Assembly: GCA_964016885.1 (NCBI GenBank)
Contig: OZ024756.1
Coordinates: 40,982,001-41,046,000 of the forward strand
Length of the DNA stretch: 64,000 nt
Source of the DNA: Eledone cirrhosa
Taxonomy: Eukaryota
Reading direction: 5' to 3'
Shown: in pieces, positions 12,157 through 24,639 of the stretch
Numbering within the stretch: position 1 is the stretch's first letter
Layout of the letters: the number at the start of each line of letters is the position of its first letter
Notes under the pieces: model-generated
Seen by the model: only the letters and a program-made list of their open reading frames with translations
Database searches by the model: none
What the model was told of the DNA's origin: nothing
Position numbers and translations under genes: made by a program

Positions 12157-13459
12157 TAAGCAAGTATATCATGACTGAATGCAACATGTTTTTTCGAAAG
12201 GCCATAACAAAATGTTACATGCAATGAAAATTATTAATATATTTGGAATTTTAATAACCTAGACTAAAAATTCATGAATATGAGGCATTAGGGAATTAAA
12301 TGTGATGAGCTTCATCAATTTTCTGAATTTTATTCAATTTATGTTACATTAATGTACCTATAATGGAAACATAAATATATAGTTTTTTTATGTTTGCTGA
12401 TTATCTAGAAACAAACATTAAATTGAAAAAATGATGGACACACAATAAATATAAATACTTTGTATCCTATAAACATAAAAGCTATAAAATATTCTATAAT
12501 ACGAACAGTGAAATTATTACCAATAATGTGTGTATACTGAAGCTATTGTAAATATTTCAGAATTATTATTAATCTAGATATTGAAATTGATGCCATGTAA
12601 AAACAAAAACTGATTCAATGAAATATTGTTTTATAAAACCATTACAAACATTTTCTTTCTTTTTAACACAATATACTAAACACAGAATGCACACAAATAC
12701 TAGCAGTTTTAATTTTAAAAATATATTAAAAGCAAAAACTACCAAAACATCATCAAGATAGCATGAGTTACAAAAATACTTTTCTCTGCTTTCTTAAAGA
12801 TACTTCAAACAAACTTTTTTTTAAAAACTTTTTATTAAAAAAGGCATCACACACACAACAACAACAACAGCAATTTGAAAAATTAAAAGGAAAATAATTT
12901 CAAATAGTGATATATATATATAGAGAGAGAGATTGATTTGAAGAAAAAAAGTCAGTAGCAATATAACATCCCAAAATTGAAATCTAAATGTGAACTGACA
13001 TTTTTTAAGCTAAATTGAATATTAATAAATAAAGACCAGTTTCAATCAATACCACTGAATTTGATTTCTGATCCTGATATAAGAAGGAATTTTTCAAGAC
13101 ATGATTGTTGCATACAAAGAATTTCAAAAAAGTATCTTGTGAATGAAATAACTTTTTCACAAAATAATAATTCCAATATTAGGAACATATTATTTTTAGT
13201 CTGTGATGTTTACTGTTTTGTATCACAGAACTTCATTTATTGTAAATTTAAACATTTCACATTTTAAAATAATGTTCTCATCTAATTTCATCCCTGATTC
13301 TTTAACTACTCAGTTAAAAAGTGGACAACGAATCCGTTATCACTCAACTAAACTCCAGTAAGAAGAGGAGTCTGTTTTTCAGGAGAGGACACATTAAGTT
13401 GTAGTATCACCATTTAATCACTAGTTCTGTTTATTGTTTGATTAAAACAATAACCAATA

Positions 13460-13645
13460 ATGGGTTAGCAGAATTGTTACACCACCATTTGCAGGATTTA
13501 ATTGCAGTCCTTCATGTTCTGAATTCAAATCCATCTAGGGTTATCTTTGGCTTTCATCTTTTCAGGGTTGATAAAATAATGATCTAGTCAATTACTGGGG
13601 CTAATTTAATTGACTAAACTCCTTCCCAAAATTTTTCAGTTTGTG
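13460..13645 (+). mobile_element. Old tRNA-derived SINE (CTTTCATC...GATAAAAT core family)
   Basis: TTAGCAGAATTGTTA head, CTGAATTCAAATCC B-box, CTTTCATCTTTTCAGGGTTGATAAAAT core. Confidence 0.7.
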
Positions 13646-13895
13646 CCAACCCTTACCTATGGTCATGAATCTTGGGTAATGACTGAAGGAATCTTATCGT
13701 GAATACAAGCAGCCAAAATGTGGTTCCTTTTGAGTAATGTTCTTTGATAGAGTGTGTAGCTCGGAGATGAGACGCTCCAGGTAGAGCTGCTACTTCTCCA
13801 AATTGAGAGATCTCAGCTCTGATAATACAGGCATGTGGTTAGAATGCCTCAGGACAGAATCGCTGGACAGATTTTATGGGCAAAACCACTAGGTC
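13646..13895 (+). mobile_element. RTE (Expander/Rex3-like) LINE ORF fragment with stops
   Basis: Translates to PTLTYGHESWVMTE..IQAAKM and LLLLQIERSQL**YRHVVRMPQDRIA, matching RTE post-RT motifs (LTYGHE-W; SQLRW-GH--RM). Confidence 0.8.
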
Positions 13896-14367
13896 AATTA
13901 ATGGTTGACATGCTGACATTTTTGTAGTGGTGACTACAATCCTAAAACAAGAGAAATGTATCTGGTACCTGACTTGGAGATATAGAAGAATTGCAATAAA
14001 GGAGAGGGGGGGAAAAAGTGGATGTAATCAAAATTAACTTTTCTATAGTAATTATAAGGTTTCTCTGAAAAATATTCACCCTACACATTTACAGAAATGA
14101 GTGGAGCATGATCTGTTAGATGTGTAGTATTAACGAGAGACAAAATAGTGATTTGCTATCTCTTAACTTACAATTCTATTACACCCTTTATCTACAGAGG
14201 ATTGAATTTCTACTATCATCTGTCCTACATACCAAACATGGTCATCATCTTGATTCAGTAGCACTGTAGGGATCCTTAACATAAGCCTGCCAAATATTGA
14301 GACACAGCTATAAATTTACTACTAAAACATTATTTACTGTTAGATAAAATGCCTTAGGAATAATGTT

Positions 14368-14705
14368 TCAACCGTTTCATTACAACATTTCTAATGAAAG
14401 ATACAGCCTAAGATTTTCAAATAATTTTGAAAATACTTCAGAATTTGAAGGGATTTAGTAACATGACTAGCTTCCTCATTATTAAATCAGTATTTAATAA
14501 AAGTTCTTACAGAAAATTATAATGGAAGATTTTTAGATAAATATAAATACTTTAACCCTTTTGTTACTATATTTCTAATGAAAGACACAGCCTATGACTT
14601 TCAAATAATTTTGAAAATATTTCAGAATTTGGAGGGGTTTAGTAAGAGAACCAGTGTTTAATAAAAGTTCTTACAGAAAATTCAGATAAATATAAACACT
14701 TCAAA
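14368..14705. mobile_element. Two tandem partial copies of the TTAA/CCC MITE
   Basis: TTTCTAATGAAAGA.ACAGCC...TTCAAATAATTTTGAAAATA duplicated about 184 bp apart; the second copy starts TTAACCCTTT. Confidence 0.6.
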
Positions 14706-15189
14706 ATAAGCTGTTGGTGAATGACAACAGGTATAGTGAACCTAAACAGGAATGAAGCTCAGAGTGTAAAGTGACATAGTGAAACAATGAAATACAGTCT
14801 GTCACTCTACAACTTCTGCCAATTCACCACAATAACATGAATTCCTCCTTATATGTTGAGATGGGGTAGGAGAGGAGGCCTATATTAACTATCGTTCTCA
14901 AGAGCACTAACATTAAATGAAATTAAATAACACCATTGACAAGAATGGCAACAATTATAAATAATGGAAATATATACTATGATAACAAACTAATGAATTA
15001 AGAAGGATAAAAAAATAATAGATTCATAAAGAAGCTAAAGTGTAAACAATTTATTAAAGGGGACTGAAAATGAAAAAGTATAAAGGCACAAACACATGTA
15101 ATATATATATATGTGTGTGTGTGGGAGGGGGGTATATATATATATATATATGGGGGGGGGTAGTTGTGTTGCGTGTGTATATATATAAA

Positions 15190-15333
15190 ATTGTTTCTAC
15201 TTTTGGCACAAGGCCAGCAATTACCCAGTGTATTACTGGTACTTTATTTTATCGACCCCGTAAGGATGAAAGACAAAGTTAACCTCGGCGGGATTTGAAC
15301 TCAGAATGGCAAGGGCCGTAACTATGTGTCAAA

Positions 15334-15371
<38 letters not shown>

Positions 15372-15462
15372 GTTTCTACTTTTGACACAAGGCCAGCAAT
15401 TACCCAGTGCATTACTGGTACTTTATTTTATCTACCCCATAAGGATGAAAGGCAAAGTTAAA
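15190..15462 (-). mobile_element. Two 5'-truncated copies of the young SINE subfamily separated by (TA)n
   Basis: Closely match 50624-50810 and 60878-61059. Confidence 0.85.
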
Positions 15463-15699
15463 TGGCTTTGAATTATGAATTTTTCATAAAAGTGAACACA
15501 GAAATTAACATGTTTAGATTAAATTAACTAACATAGATCCACACATACACAACACACCCATTCTTTCTTTTTCTTCCTCTCTCTCTATGTGTGGTTGTAG
15601 TTGATGCTTGTTCATAGAATGAGATCAACTACACCATGTATGCAAAAGACTCAATGCCAGTTAGTGAAGTGAGTTATATAATCTAATATATAAAACACT

Positions 15700-15790
15700 A
15701 CACTTGCACACCTGTTTCTCTCCAAAAATGGAAGGTTATCAAGATTCTTGATAACCTACCATTTTTGGAGAAACACAGGTGTGCATGTGT
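15700..15790. repeat. Inverted repeat, 45-bp arms (41/45), 1-nt centre
   Basis: ACACTTGCACACCTG...GGTTATCAAGA-T-TCTTGATAACC...CAGGTGTGCATGTGT. Confidence 0.9.
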
Positions 15791-15806
15791 CACACTTTAC
15801 GCTTTT

Positions 15807-15810
<4 letters not shown>

Positions 15811-15862
<52 letters not shown>
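15811..15862. repeat. (GA)n microsatellite
   Basis: Directly visible. Confidence 0.95.
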
Positions 15863-15864
<2 letters not shown>

Positions 15865-17580
15865 TTCATGCAGATACAGACATTACTACACATACTTTCA
15901 TACAAATTTAATTACTAGTCTCTCAGGGAATGTTAAGAAAACAAAAATATACTGGAATCAAAGAAATGTGCTGGCATGTGTAATTTAATAAAGATGGGAA
16001 AAAAAGTGGAAAAAGACATTTCTCAATAAGATGTTTCCACAATCAATTTGATGCATGTCTATTTATAGAAATACCATTAATACTTTCAATCAAATGTTAA
16101 AAGCCATTATTTCATACGAAGATAGAAAAATGTTATTGTGAAATATTTGCCATGCATTATTAACAGGTTGAAACACTTCTAAAACAAGAGTTATATCAAA
16201 GTAAAATTAGAAAAATTAAAACTGAAAGAAAAAAAAATCAATTTAATGAAAATAAAAGATTATAAAACATATTTGAAATGTTTAATTAAGTTGTTTCACA
16301 GATTAGTTGCAATTCTTCTCTATATTTTTTTACTAAGATATTGGAAATAAGCCAAAGAAAAATATTGTCAGTTTAACCTTTATATAACAACCATCAACAT
16401 GCAAGAAGACAGGGTTGAAGCAAAAAGGGTGAACTCATTTTTTATTTTTATTTTTATTTCTTTAGGTTAATTAGAATCTAGCTGCCATTAACAATACATG
16501 AGAAAAAATATTTTCAATTAATAAGTTCAAGCTAATTTTTATTTTTAAGATATCAATTAAGACTAAACATGAAATAATTATTGAAAAATTTACCCAGAAA
16601 CTATTTTCTATATCAAATATATCTGGGAATAGCTGTGCTTGCTTAACAAAGTTCTTAACTGGTCAGAACTCAAAAGAAAATCTCACAAATTTTATTACAA
16701 GAATCTTTATTGCACAGAACAAAACTATAATTTCTAAAAAAAGTCAGTAACTTTGAGGTATGAGTTGTTTACAATCTTTCATTAACATCTGTGAAACAGG
16801 GTTTACTTAGCTAAATTATCTCATTTTACTGATGTATTTCTATATCTATTCAGTTATGAAACATTAATGTTTTTGAAATGATACTGGAATGATTATTATT
16901 ATTCATTTGGCGTTATAATAATAATTTCGTTATTGACCAATAGGGTCAAAAACATTGAAGACTTTACAATAAACAGGAACAGCAGGGATTTTTAAACGAA
17001 TGTCTAAGGCAACAACACCATCTTGTAAACAACAGAATTCCCCAATAAGATGAAGGTACCACCCAGGGAGTAACTTAAGAACCACACAGATCCAAGATCA
17101 TCCAATCACCAAGAGCACAATAGGAAAATAGTAATGACGACAACAACAACAATAATAATAATAATAATAATAATAGTAATTTTTATTATCATTATTATTT
17201 TTTATTTTATTTTATATTTTTTTAAATAAACTATTTTAATAGTTATCCTTCAAACGATTGCTGTTCATAAACATATGTTATTGGCAAACAGGAAATATTG
17301 ATTAAAGTGCCCACTAGAGAAGAGTACTGTTTCCTCTCAACTGAACCTCTTCATTCTTCCCCATTATCAAACACACACAGTCATTCATCAAATGAATATA
17401 TTAACAAAAGTCATCTAAACCTCCCTAATTGATGTGGTATTCACTAGTAGATATAATTGATGACAATAGTATTGCTAACAAATATGGTTTTGATATAACT
17501 GTATAGAGTGACAGAAAACTTTTGTTGTCAACAGCTTCTGGTCATCTTGGTTTCATGAACTCTTTTTTCCAAACTCAGTG

Positions 17581-17833
17581 ACAAAAACACACATGCACAA
17601 ACACTCACACATGCACAAACACTCACACAAGCACAAACACTCACACTCAAACATGCACAAACACTCACACTCAAACATGCACAAACACACACTAAAAAAT
17701 GCACAAACACACACACAAAGAAACACACACAAACACACATGGTCAAACACACATGCACAAACACACGAGCAAACAAACACACACGTATACACACAAATAC
17801 ACATGCCCACAAGAAGACATGCACACACACACA
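17581..17833. repeat. Degenerate CA-rich repeat
   Basis: ATGCACAAACACTCACAC-like units; explains the H/T/K and C/V ORFs here. Confidence 0.8.
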
Positions 17834-19644
17834 GATGTGACATTTATGATGCTGAAATTTGTTCCAAGGGAAGAAAATGTTGCTGTATTACCTTTAAAAT
17901 GACTTCATATTTACATATGTAAATGTTTAGACATATTTTAATAATGTGAAACTTTCTAATTGGAAAGAAAACAAAGTTCACCTCACTGGGATATGAACTC
18001 AGAGTACGGAGAGCTAGAACAAATACTATATTATATTTATGATTCATACATGTAACCTGTATTACCCTACCTTATATACATACATAGACATGATTAATAA
18101 AAAGCTTTTTATATCAATTTACAAATGATTATTAAAATAGATTTCAATATAAAATAAGCCAACAATCTGACTTGTAAGAACTAAGAAGTATCTTGTAATT
18201 AAATTACTTAAATATCTATTTATTCCTCTAAATGAACCTTGTTATGAGTATTATTATATCAACCATCTGGTAAAAGGTTTGTTGATGGACTGCCAGACTC
18301 AAGTACTTTAGAAAACAGACACCAAGTTCTATCTGCAAAACTACTCTCAACTAGACACAAATAGTAAAGTTATTTTATCTGAGACTTGTGGAATCCATTT
18401 TATTGAATTTAGGCCAGTTTTCTAAGAACTCACCATTGGCACCTATACAATAACCTCCCTACATGCAAACAATTATCACACACATAGCTACTTAAAAAAC
18501 AATAATGTTTCCTTAATAACAAGTGATAATTGACTAACTATATTATGTAACTAGAGAACCTCACCAAAAATCCCACCTGAAACTAATCACTTTCAAACTA
18601 TGTTCCTTGTAGGGATCTCACTAGTCACATTTTATTTCCAGTTGTGGGTATTTGGCATCATACATGTCCTTCACCTCACTGCCTAAATATCACAACCCCC
18701 AATTCAAATAAAAGACAAATCCCACTGATGAATACTTGTGATTAAAAGTTGTAAAGGAATTGAATATGAATAGTAAAATATTGATTGGCTGATATGACAA
18801 TGCTAAATCAGGAGCCAGAAAAATCGATACCTATCTGTTAGAAGATCTGAGTCAGATGACCAATACTATATACGTTTTCTAAGCTATTATTACTATCACT
18901 TATACTATTACTACCACTTACTCTCCTGCTACTCTTTCTTCCTTTTGTCATATAATCACAGAGTTAGAAGAAAGAAGCTAACATACCAAGACTATAGAAA
19001 ATCTATCTTTGTAATTTCAATAACACTTCTTTTGTAAAATATTTCACATTGTCTGATAAATGAAATCCAACTATACTAAATATACCAACATTGTATAACT
19101 ACTTCACTTACAGACTATTTTGGTAACTTTAAAAATTCTAAAATGGCCAACTCTTACTTGCAGGAAAAGTAGACATTAAATGATGATGAACTTTTCATAA
19201 CAATTTCACTTAATTATTTCAATAAAATTTTATATAAAACTATATTCTAACAACCAGCCAATTCATAGATTTCTTGGTGTTTTGAAATTTCAATCTCACA
19301 CGAACAAATAAATATATATATATACATCTAAAAATATAATTTTCTTTAACTCTTTCTAAGAAAGTTCAAAAGAAGCTAAAATTGATATTTTCTAGGATTG
19401 TTTGATCTCTGGTCAGAAAGCCTCCCCAACAGACTGCACAGAATACATTTACAGCTCTTCTGTCATTTAACATCACAGAAGCCATAACATCATAGCATCA
19501 AACATTCAATTTCTCAAGTAAAATTTCTACTTGAGTCATCCAGTGTAAATTATATAGTAATCTGATTACATACAAATTAAAATCTAACAAATATTCACTT
19601 TAATCAAAATATAATTTAGACTAATTGCTTTACTTCCTTAATAC

Positions 19645-19835
19645 TGATTTCAAATTTATGCAAAAGATCAGCAAATTTAGGGGAAAGGCAAAGTTGAGTA
19701 AATCAACAGCAGTACATGACTGGTACTTTATTTTATTGACCTGAGAAGGATGAAAGGTAAAGTTGCCCTCAGTAGGATTTGATCTTAGAATACAGCAATG
19801 ATATTTTATCTGACACTCTACCAATTCTGCCAATC
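19645..19835 (-). mobile_element. Old SINE (same core family as 39911)
   Basis: CTGGTACTTTATTTTATTGACC..GGATGAAAGG and AATTCTGCCAAT motifs. Confidence 0.7.
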
Positions 19836-20276
19836 CATTCTTAATATTTATACCAAATGAGTCTTAACAATTTTCATCTTGATGATGAGATCCATAAAGC
19901 AGGAGTAGAGCCAAACACACAATGTCTGATTTGAAGCTATTTTACTTCACTTATATTCTTAATGTTTCCAATTTTCTTTGGAAACTTTCTTTTCTATAAA
20001 AATATTGGACTTTTGTGTCTTATCTAAAAAAAACAAAATCCAATAATTCTTAACTTAATATTTATAGAAATATTTGATAGAAATAGAAACTTATGACATT
20101 TGATGAGAAAACCCATGAATCCAAAAATTTCACAACTAATAAAATAGTAAATGGTGTACATCTGTGATATCTCCAAAGAAGTTTATATAAGAAGAAAATA
20201 TTCATTTTTTTCCATTCTCTCTAAATAAGATTACAGGTTCTTATGATGAAAAGTTGAACAGTTTAACTATATTATA

Positions 20277-20539
20277 TATATAAAGAGAGGGAGAGGTGGG
20301 TGAGCAATGTGGCAGCATGCTACTATATCCGTCTCTGGGTCAAAAACATAGCACACACTTTTTCCTCTCTGCTTGTTTCCTTAAAGTTTACCATCATTCC
20401 GTTGGTATACATCTATTGCGCGATTTACACCTGATGAGGTCACCGGGTCCTCACGCAACCTGGCAACTGAAATATGCATAGTGTTTACAGTAATAAAAAA
20501 TTAAGGAAATTCAACATATTTGGCCCCGTCATTTCACTT

Positions 20540-20540
<1 letters not shown>
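20277..20540 (+). mobile_element. TA-embedded short element with a hammerhead motif (Penelope-like pLTR/retrozyme remnant)
   Basis: About 260 bp, GC-richer and CpG-containing, lying between TA runs; contains a type I hammerhead core followed by AATAAA. Confidence 0.55.
20427..20484 (+). ncRNA. Minimal type I hammerhead ribozyme motif (CpG-decayed)
   Basis: ACAC-CTGATGA-GGTCACCGGGT[CCTCACGCA]ACCTGGCAACT-GAAA-TATGCATA-GTGT: core CUGAUGA/GAAA, 11-position stem II, palindromic stem III, AUA cleavage triplet, stem I ACAC/GTGT. Confidence 0.7.
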
Positions 20541-20576
<36 letters not shown>

Positions 20577-20604
20577 CCATCTGTAACTCTTCAAACATAT
20601 ATAC

Positions 20605-20806
20605 CAGGCATGTCAAACTGAGGATCCCCCCCGAGGACCACATGGGTCACATATGTGTTGTCTAAGGGCCACACACAACAACTAATTGCGCACATTACAA
20701 CACATTTTTTTATTTTATATTATGAAGATAAAACATGCTCGTGCTGTAAAAACCTTTGTGTGGGCTACAGGTGTGCTTGTAAAGGGCCACATGTTTGACT
20801 TGCCTG
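20605..20806. mobile_element. 202-bp hAT-type MITE
   Basis: TIRs CAGGCATGTCAAAC / reverse complement CAGGCAAGTCAAAC (13/14); perfect 8-bp TSD ATATATAC at 20597-20604 and 20807-20814. Confidence 0.9.
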
Positions 20807-21530
20807 ATATATACAATACATTTCCTATATCAGTCATGTTCCTACAATAAAAGTTTTCTTTCCAATCACAAGGGCCTGGTTTGTCCCCATAAATAATTCT
20901 TTCTCCAACGTTACTTATGTCATTTCTACATACATACTGAACATTGTAATTATCCTATAAATATTATTAAAATATTTTTTATCTTTAAACACTTCAATGC
21001 ATCAGTAACCAACATAAACTATAGGGTTTCTCTTATGTAAATCCTCAATGTATCAAATTACCAATTTTCCAGTTTGTTCATATATCTGGCTATGGTATTT
21101 CAATGTTGAACTGCAAAAGTTAAAAAATCATTCCCTGCTTTTACCATCATTATATACAGAACTGGTCAACAAGTCCTGGTATATGTATGACATAACAATC
21201 ATAGACTCCCAAAATTAAATGCATTCATCATTGACAACACTGGTCCACTAGTATGATATAATGGAGTTGACCAACTTAAAGAAAAACTATGACATAGTAT
21301 CAATTTGAAATTGTTTTATATTTAGAGACAGTGGAATGTAAAACTGTCATATATGTCAGTTGGGGGGTCAATGAAATAATGTTGAAATATCACAATCCTC
21401 AGTTGTATTATTTTCAAAGCATTTGTATGGTATGTCTGTTATAATAATGTAGCTGCTCATGTGTGTATATAATTATGTATAGATAAAGTTGTGTGTATTC
21501 ATGAAAGCATTATATATATATATATATATA

Positions 21531-21775
21531 TATCACCTTGAATCACCTTGACCGCCCAGTCTGTCGGGCGGCAATCGGTGCCGCTGGTCACAGCACATCG
21601 TGCTGTTTTAGCCATAAGATAACGCCATCCCACTGGCTGGGCGAGCAGGCCGGTACTCATTTCTACAGTTGAGTAAGCTGGAGCAACGTGAAATAAAGTC
21701 TCTTGCTCAAGGAAACAACACATCACCCGGTCCGAGAATTGAACTCACAACCCTTCGATTGCAAGCCCAATGCTC
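21531..21775 (-). mobile_element. tRNA/CORE-like SINE with a (CAAGGTGAT) tail variant
   Basis: Head nearly identical to 63650-63772 (GAGTTCAATTCTC B-box; CCTTGAGCAAGA.ACTTTATTTCAC); different GC-rich 3' half. Confidence 0.8.
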
Positions 21776-22149
21776 TCTCTCTATATATATATATACATGG
21801 ATGTTAAACTATGATGATATAATATCACATTATCATAGTCATTTTACATAGTTTTCCAATGTCACCACAGTTTAAACCTGTTGTCAATGTCCGTACCATC
21901 TTGCACATACAACAACAGCAGAGACAACCCACCAACTTATGTTTTTATGTATTGTCTTGCAGTGTATACTGGGTTCATTTCCCAGGAGTGACATGTCTGT
22001 CAACAAGCCATAATATACTGACAACTCTGGCGTTGAAAGAGAGAAAGGAACCAGCTGAGAAGTGACATGTTCTCAAGTCGGTGATATTAAAATGACAGCA
22101 TTAAAAGAAACAGAAAAGATTGACAGAAGACAACAACTACAAATAATAA

Positions 22150-22297
22150 TAATGGTTTCTGATTTAGACACAAGGCCAACAGTTTTGAGGGGAGGGGAAA
22201 GTCGATGAAATTGATCCCAGTACATTACTGGTACTTTATTTTTTCGAAGACCCCATAAGGCAAAGCTAAACTTGGTGGGACGTCAAGGGCCGTAATT
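22150..22297 (-). mobile_element. Older, longer form of the 39911 SINE family
   Basis: CACAAGGCCAACAG-TTTTGAGGGGAGGGGAAAGTCGATGAAATTGAT-CCCAGTACATTACTGGTAC; contains a ~30-bp segment absent from the young copies. Confidence 0.75.
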
Positions 22298-23284
22298 GTT
22301 AGAAAGGAAGTGATGAAAAGAACAACAACAACAAACTAGTTTTAAAATTCACAACTAATGAAACTGTTGATACGTTTGATATTTGTGAACATGGGTGAAT
22401 GTTAAGAGATGGGATGTAGAAAGAGAGATGCCCAGACTCCAGTTATCAGCCATTGTTGTAGAAATATGAGGAAGAGCTGTTTTAGTGTAGGGTGTGCTGG
22501 GCACCTTCACAATTCTCCTGAGCAACATCAAAGGGTGAAGTCATTTAAATATAACAGTTGTTGCAGTAAGATTTATTGGGTTAGCAGAAAGGCAATATTA
22601 GAAAATAATAAGAGCTAATTGGTAGAGATATAGGACCAGATCATTAGTTAGTAGGAGGTGTTTGTTACATGTCGAAGCAATTAACATAACTACTTAAGAA
22701 CCACTTTGCATACTACATACTTAGGTGTAATATTTTATTAGATCTAATTGTTTTCAAGTATTTTTTTATTATAAATAAATATGATGTGGTTTCAGTGGTT
22801 TATGTGTTATGTTACACAACAATATTTTTGTAATTCAATTGTTTGCATTTAGATCTATTTCTCTAGCTTCTGGAGATCTTCATTACATAAACATGTATTT
22901 ACATACATGTCTGTATATGTATATATGTGTATGTGTATATGCATATATATATATGTGTGTGATATTAAAGGACTTGGCTAGGGAGAAAGTTATCTATCAT
23001 ACGTAGTTGCTATAACAACCTTCATGTAGACTACTTAGTGTCAGTGGAAATAACAACATTGAAACTTGGCTGAGCTACATACAATAAACTTACAGGATTT
23101 CAAACCTTCTTCAGGGATATATATATAATGAATTGAGGTCCAGTAGAGATATGTCACAGAACAGTTGTATTAGTCATATTTTTGGACTCAATCTGCAAGT
23201 CCTCGCCTTCATTGTTAAGCCAATAAAAAGGATACACATACATACAGACACACACATGTGTGTGTGTGTTTAGAATATATACAC

Positions 23285-23398
23285 TGTATCCCTGCATGTC
23301 ATATGATGCAACTAAAAGGGTTAGTGTATAAAAAAAAAAAAGTCCCATCCAACCCATGCCAGCATGGAATGGTTGATGTAAAAATGATGATGATGATA
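23285..23398 (+). mobile_element. SINE 3' end with RTE-type (TGA)n tail
   Basis: CATCCAACCCATGCCAGCATGGAA...GATGTAAAAATGATGATGAT; similar copies at 5840-5970 and 45250-45385. Confidence 0.7.
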
Positions 23399-24040
23399 TA
23401 CACCAAATTTTAACTTACAACCTTCTATCACTGACTTGCTATCATCTGTAACAGTATATCAATTAGAGTGACAGAGTGTATCTAGTATTCGACAGACTTT
23501 CCTCTCTAGACAAGAAATGTGCTGGTAAATCAACAAAAAGCAGAACAAAGGTCTTCTGTCCAGTACTAAAGGGTTCAAACCTAGGATAGAAGGGTTTTTG
23601 TATATAGTTGAATCAATTAAATGTTTTTCGCTTGGTATCACTTATGACCAAAAACATTCATTAATTATTTTCTCTCATTTATACATGATAAAAAATAGAA
23701 GAGTAATTTAGGTTAAATGTTTTCAACTGTTGATAGCAAAGGTCATAGGTTCAACTCTCTTCAAAGGCAGCGTATTTCATTCTTGTTTAATGTTCAATCT
23801 ATTTGCTTCGGTCAAGGTACCATTAGAAAGTAAAACTTGCTTCAATGTAAGCAACTGTTGAAATTTTTCCAAACAGCTAACACTAGACAAATAAATTCGA
23901 ACATTCTCAGACTGAAAACCACCTAGGCTAGCATAGGAAAGAAATGTAAAGACCTACAATGAGAACTATATCTTTAATGGTATATAATGTTCATTTGGTT
24001 TGATAGTTTCTTTGATATATTATATATATATATTAAAATG

Positions 24041-24118
24041 TATTAGAAGGAAGCTTCTTGTGGCATGTGATTGAGTATGCATACTCAATCACATGCCACA
24101 AGAAGCTTCCTTCTAATA
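24041..24118. repeat. Perfect 78-bp palindrome (39-bp arms, no loop)
   Basis: TATTAGAAGGAAGCTTCTTGTGGCATGTGATTGAGTATG|CATACTCAATCACATGCCACAAGAAGCTTCCTTCTAATA. Confidence 0.95.
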
Positions 24119-24639
24119 ATTTTTAAGGCAAGCAAACCAACACACAACATTGCTGCAATAGTGAGGCTAAGGCACTGGAATAACCAAACACTCTCACCAG
24201 GAACATCACTTGATTGCTTTAGACGTGCATTAAAGTGAGTCAATTACATGACTACATGTAATCAGAGATATCCATTGATCAGCATTCAGATGAGGGATGT
24301 ACATATCTTTTCTAATCCTAATAGGTACTGGTAGTTTAAGGAATATGAAATAGCTACAACCAAAAATCAAAGCTAAATTTGAGACAAATAGGGACAACAG
24401 ACCCATTGATAGAACTCAAACCAGATATATATTGCTTGCCAGGTGATTATAGTATCCTTTACAGGCATCTTGTAGTGTAATTGATAACATGATCACCTGC
24501 CAAGTAATACATGGTTTGAGTCCAATCAGTGGATCTGTCCCTCTGTTCTATCTCAAATTAGTGTTTATGATGTCTCTTATCATTAAAATCTTAATAGATA
24601 ATTCATTGAAAAATCATTTAAGGCTGAGAAGGTATTTCA

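Noticed and set aside
17528-17922. His/Thr- and Cys/Val-rich ORFs
   Set aside because: Products of a CA/TG-rich repeat.
23060-23118. Minus-strand CTGAAGA-AGGTTT-GAAA hammerhead-like motif
   Set aside because: Only 6 nt lie between the core boxes and there is no convincing stem I or III, although the island is TA-flanked.
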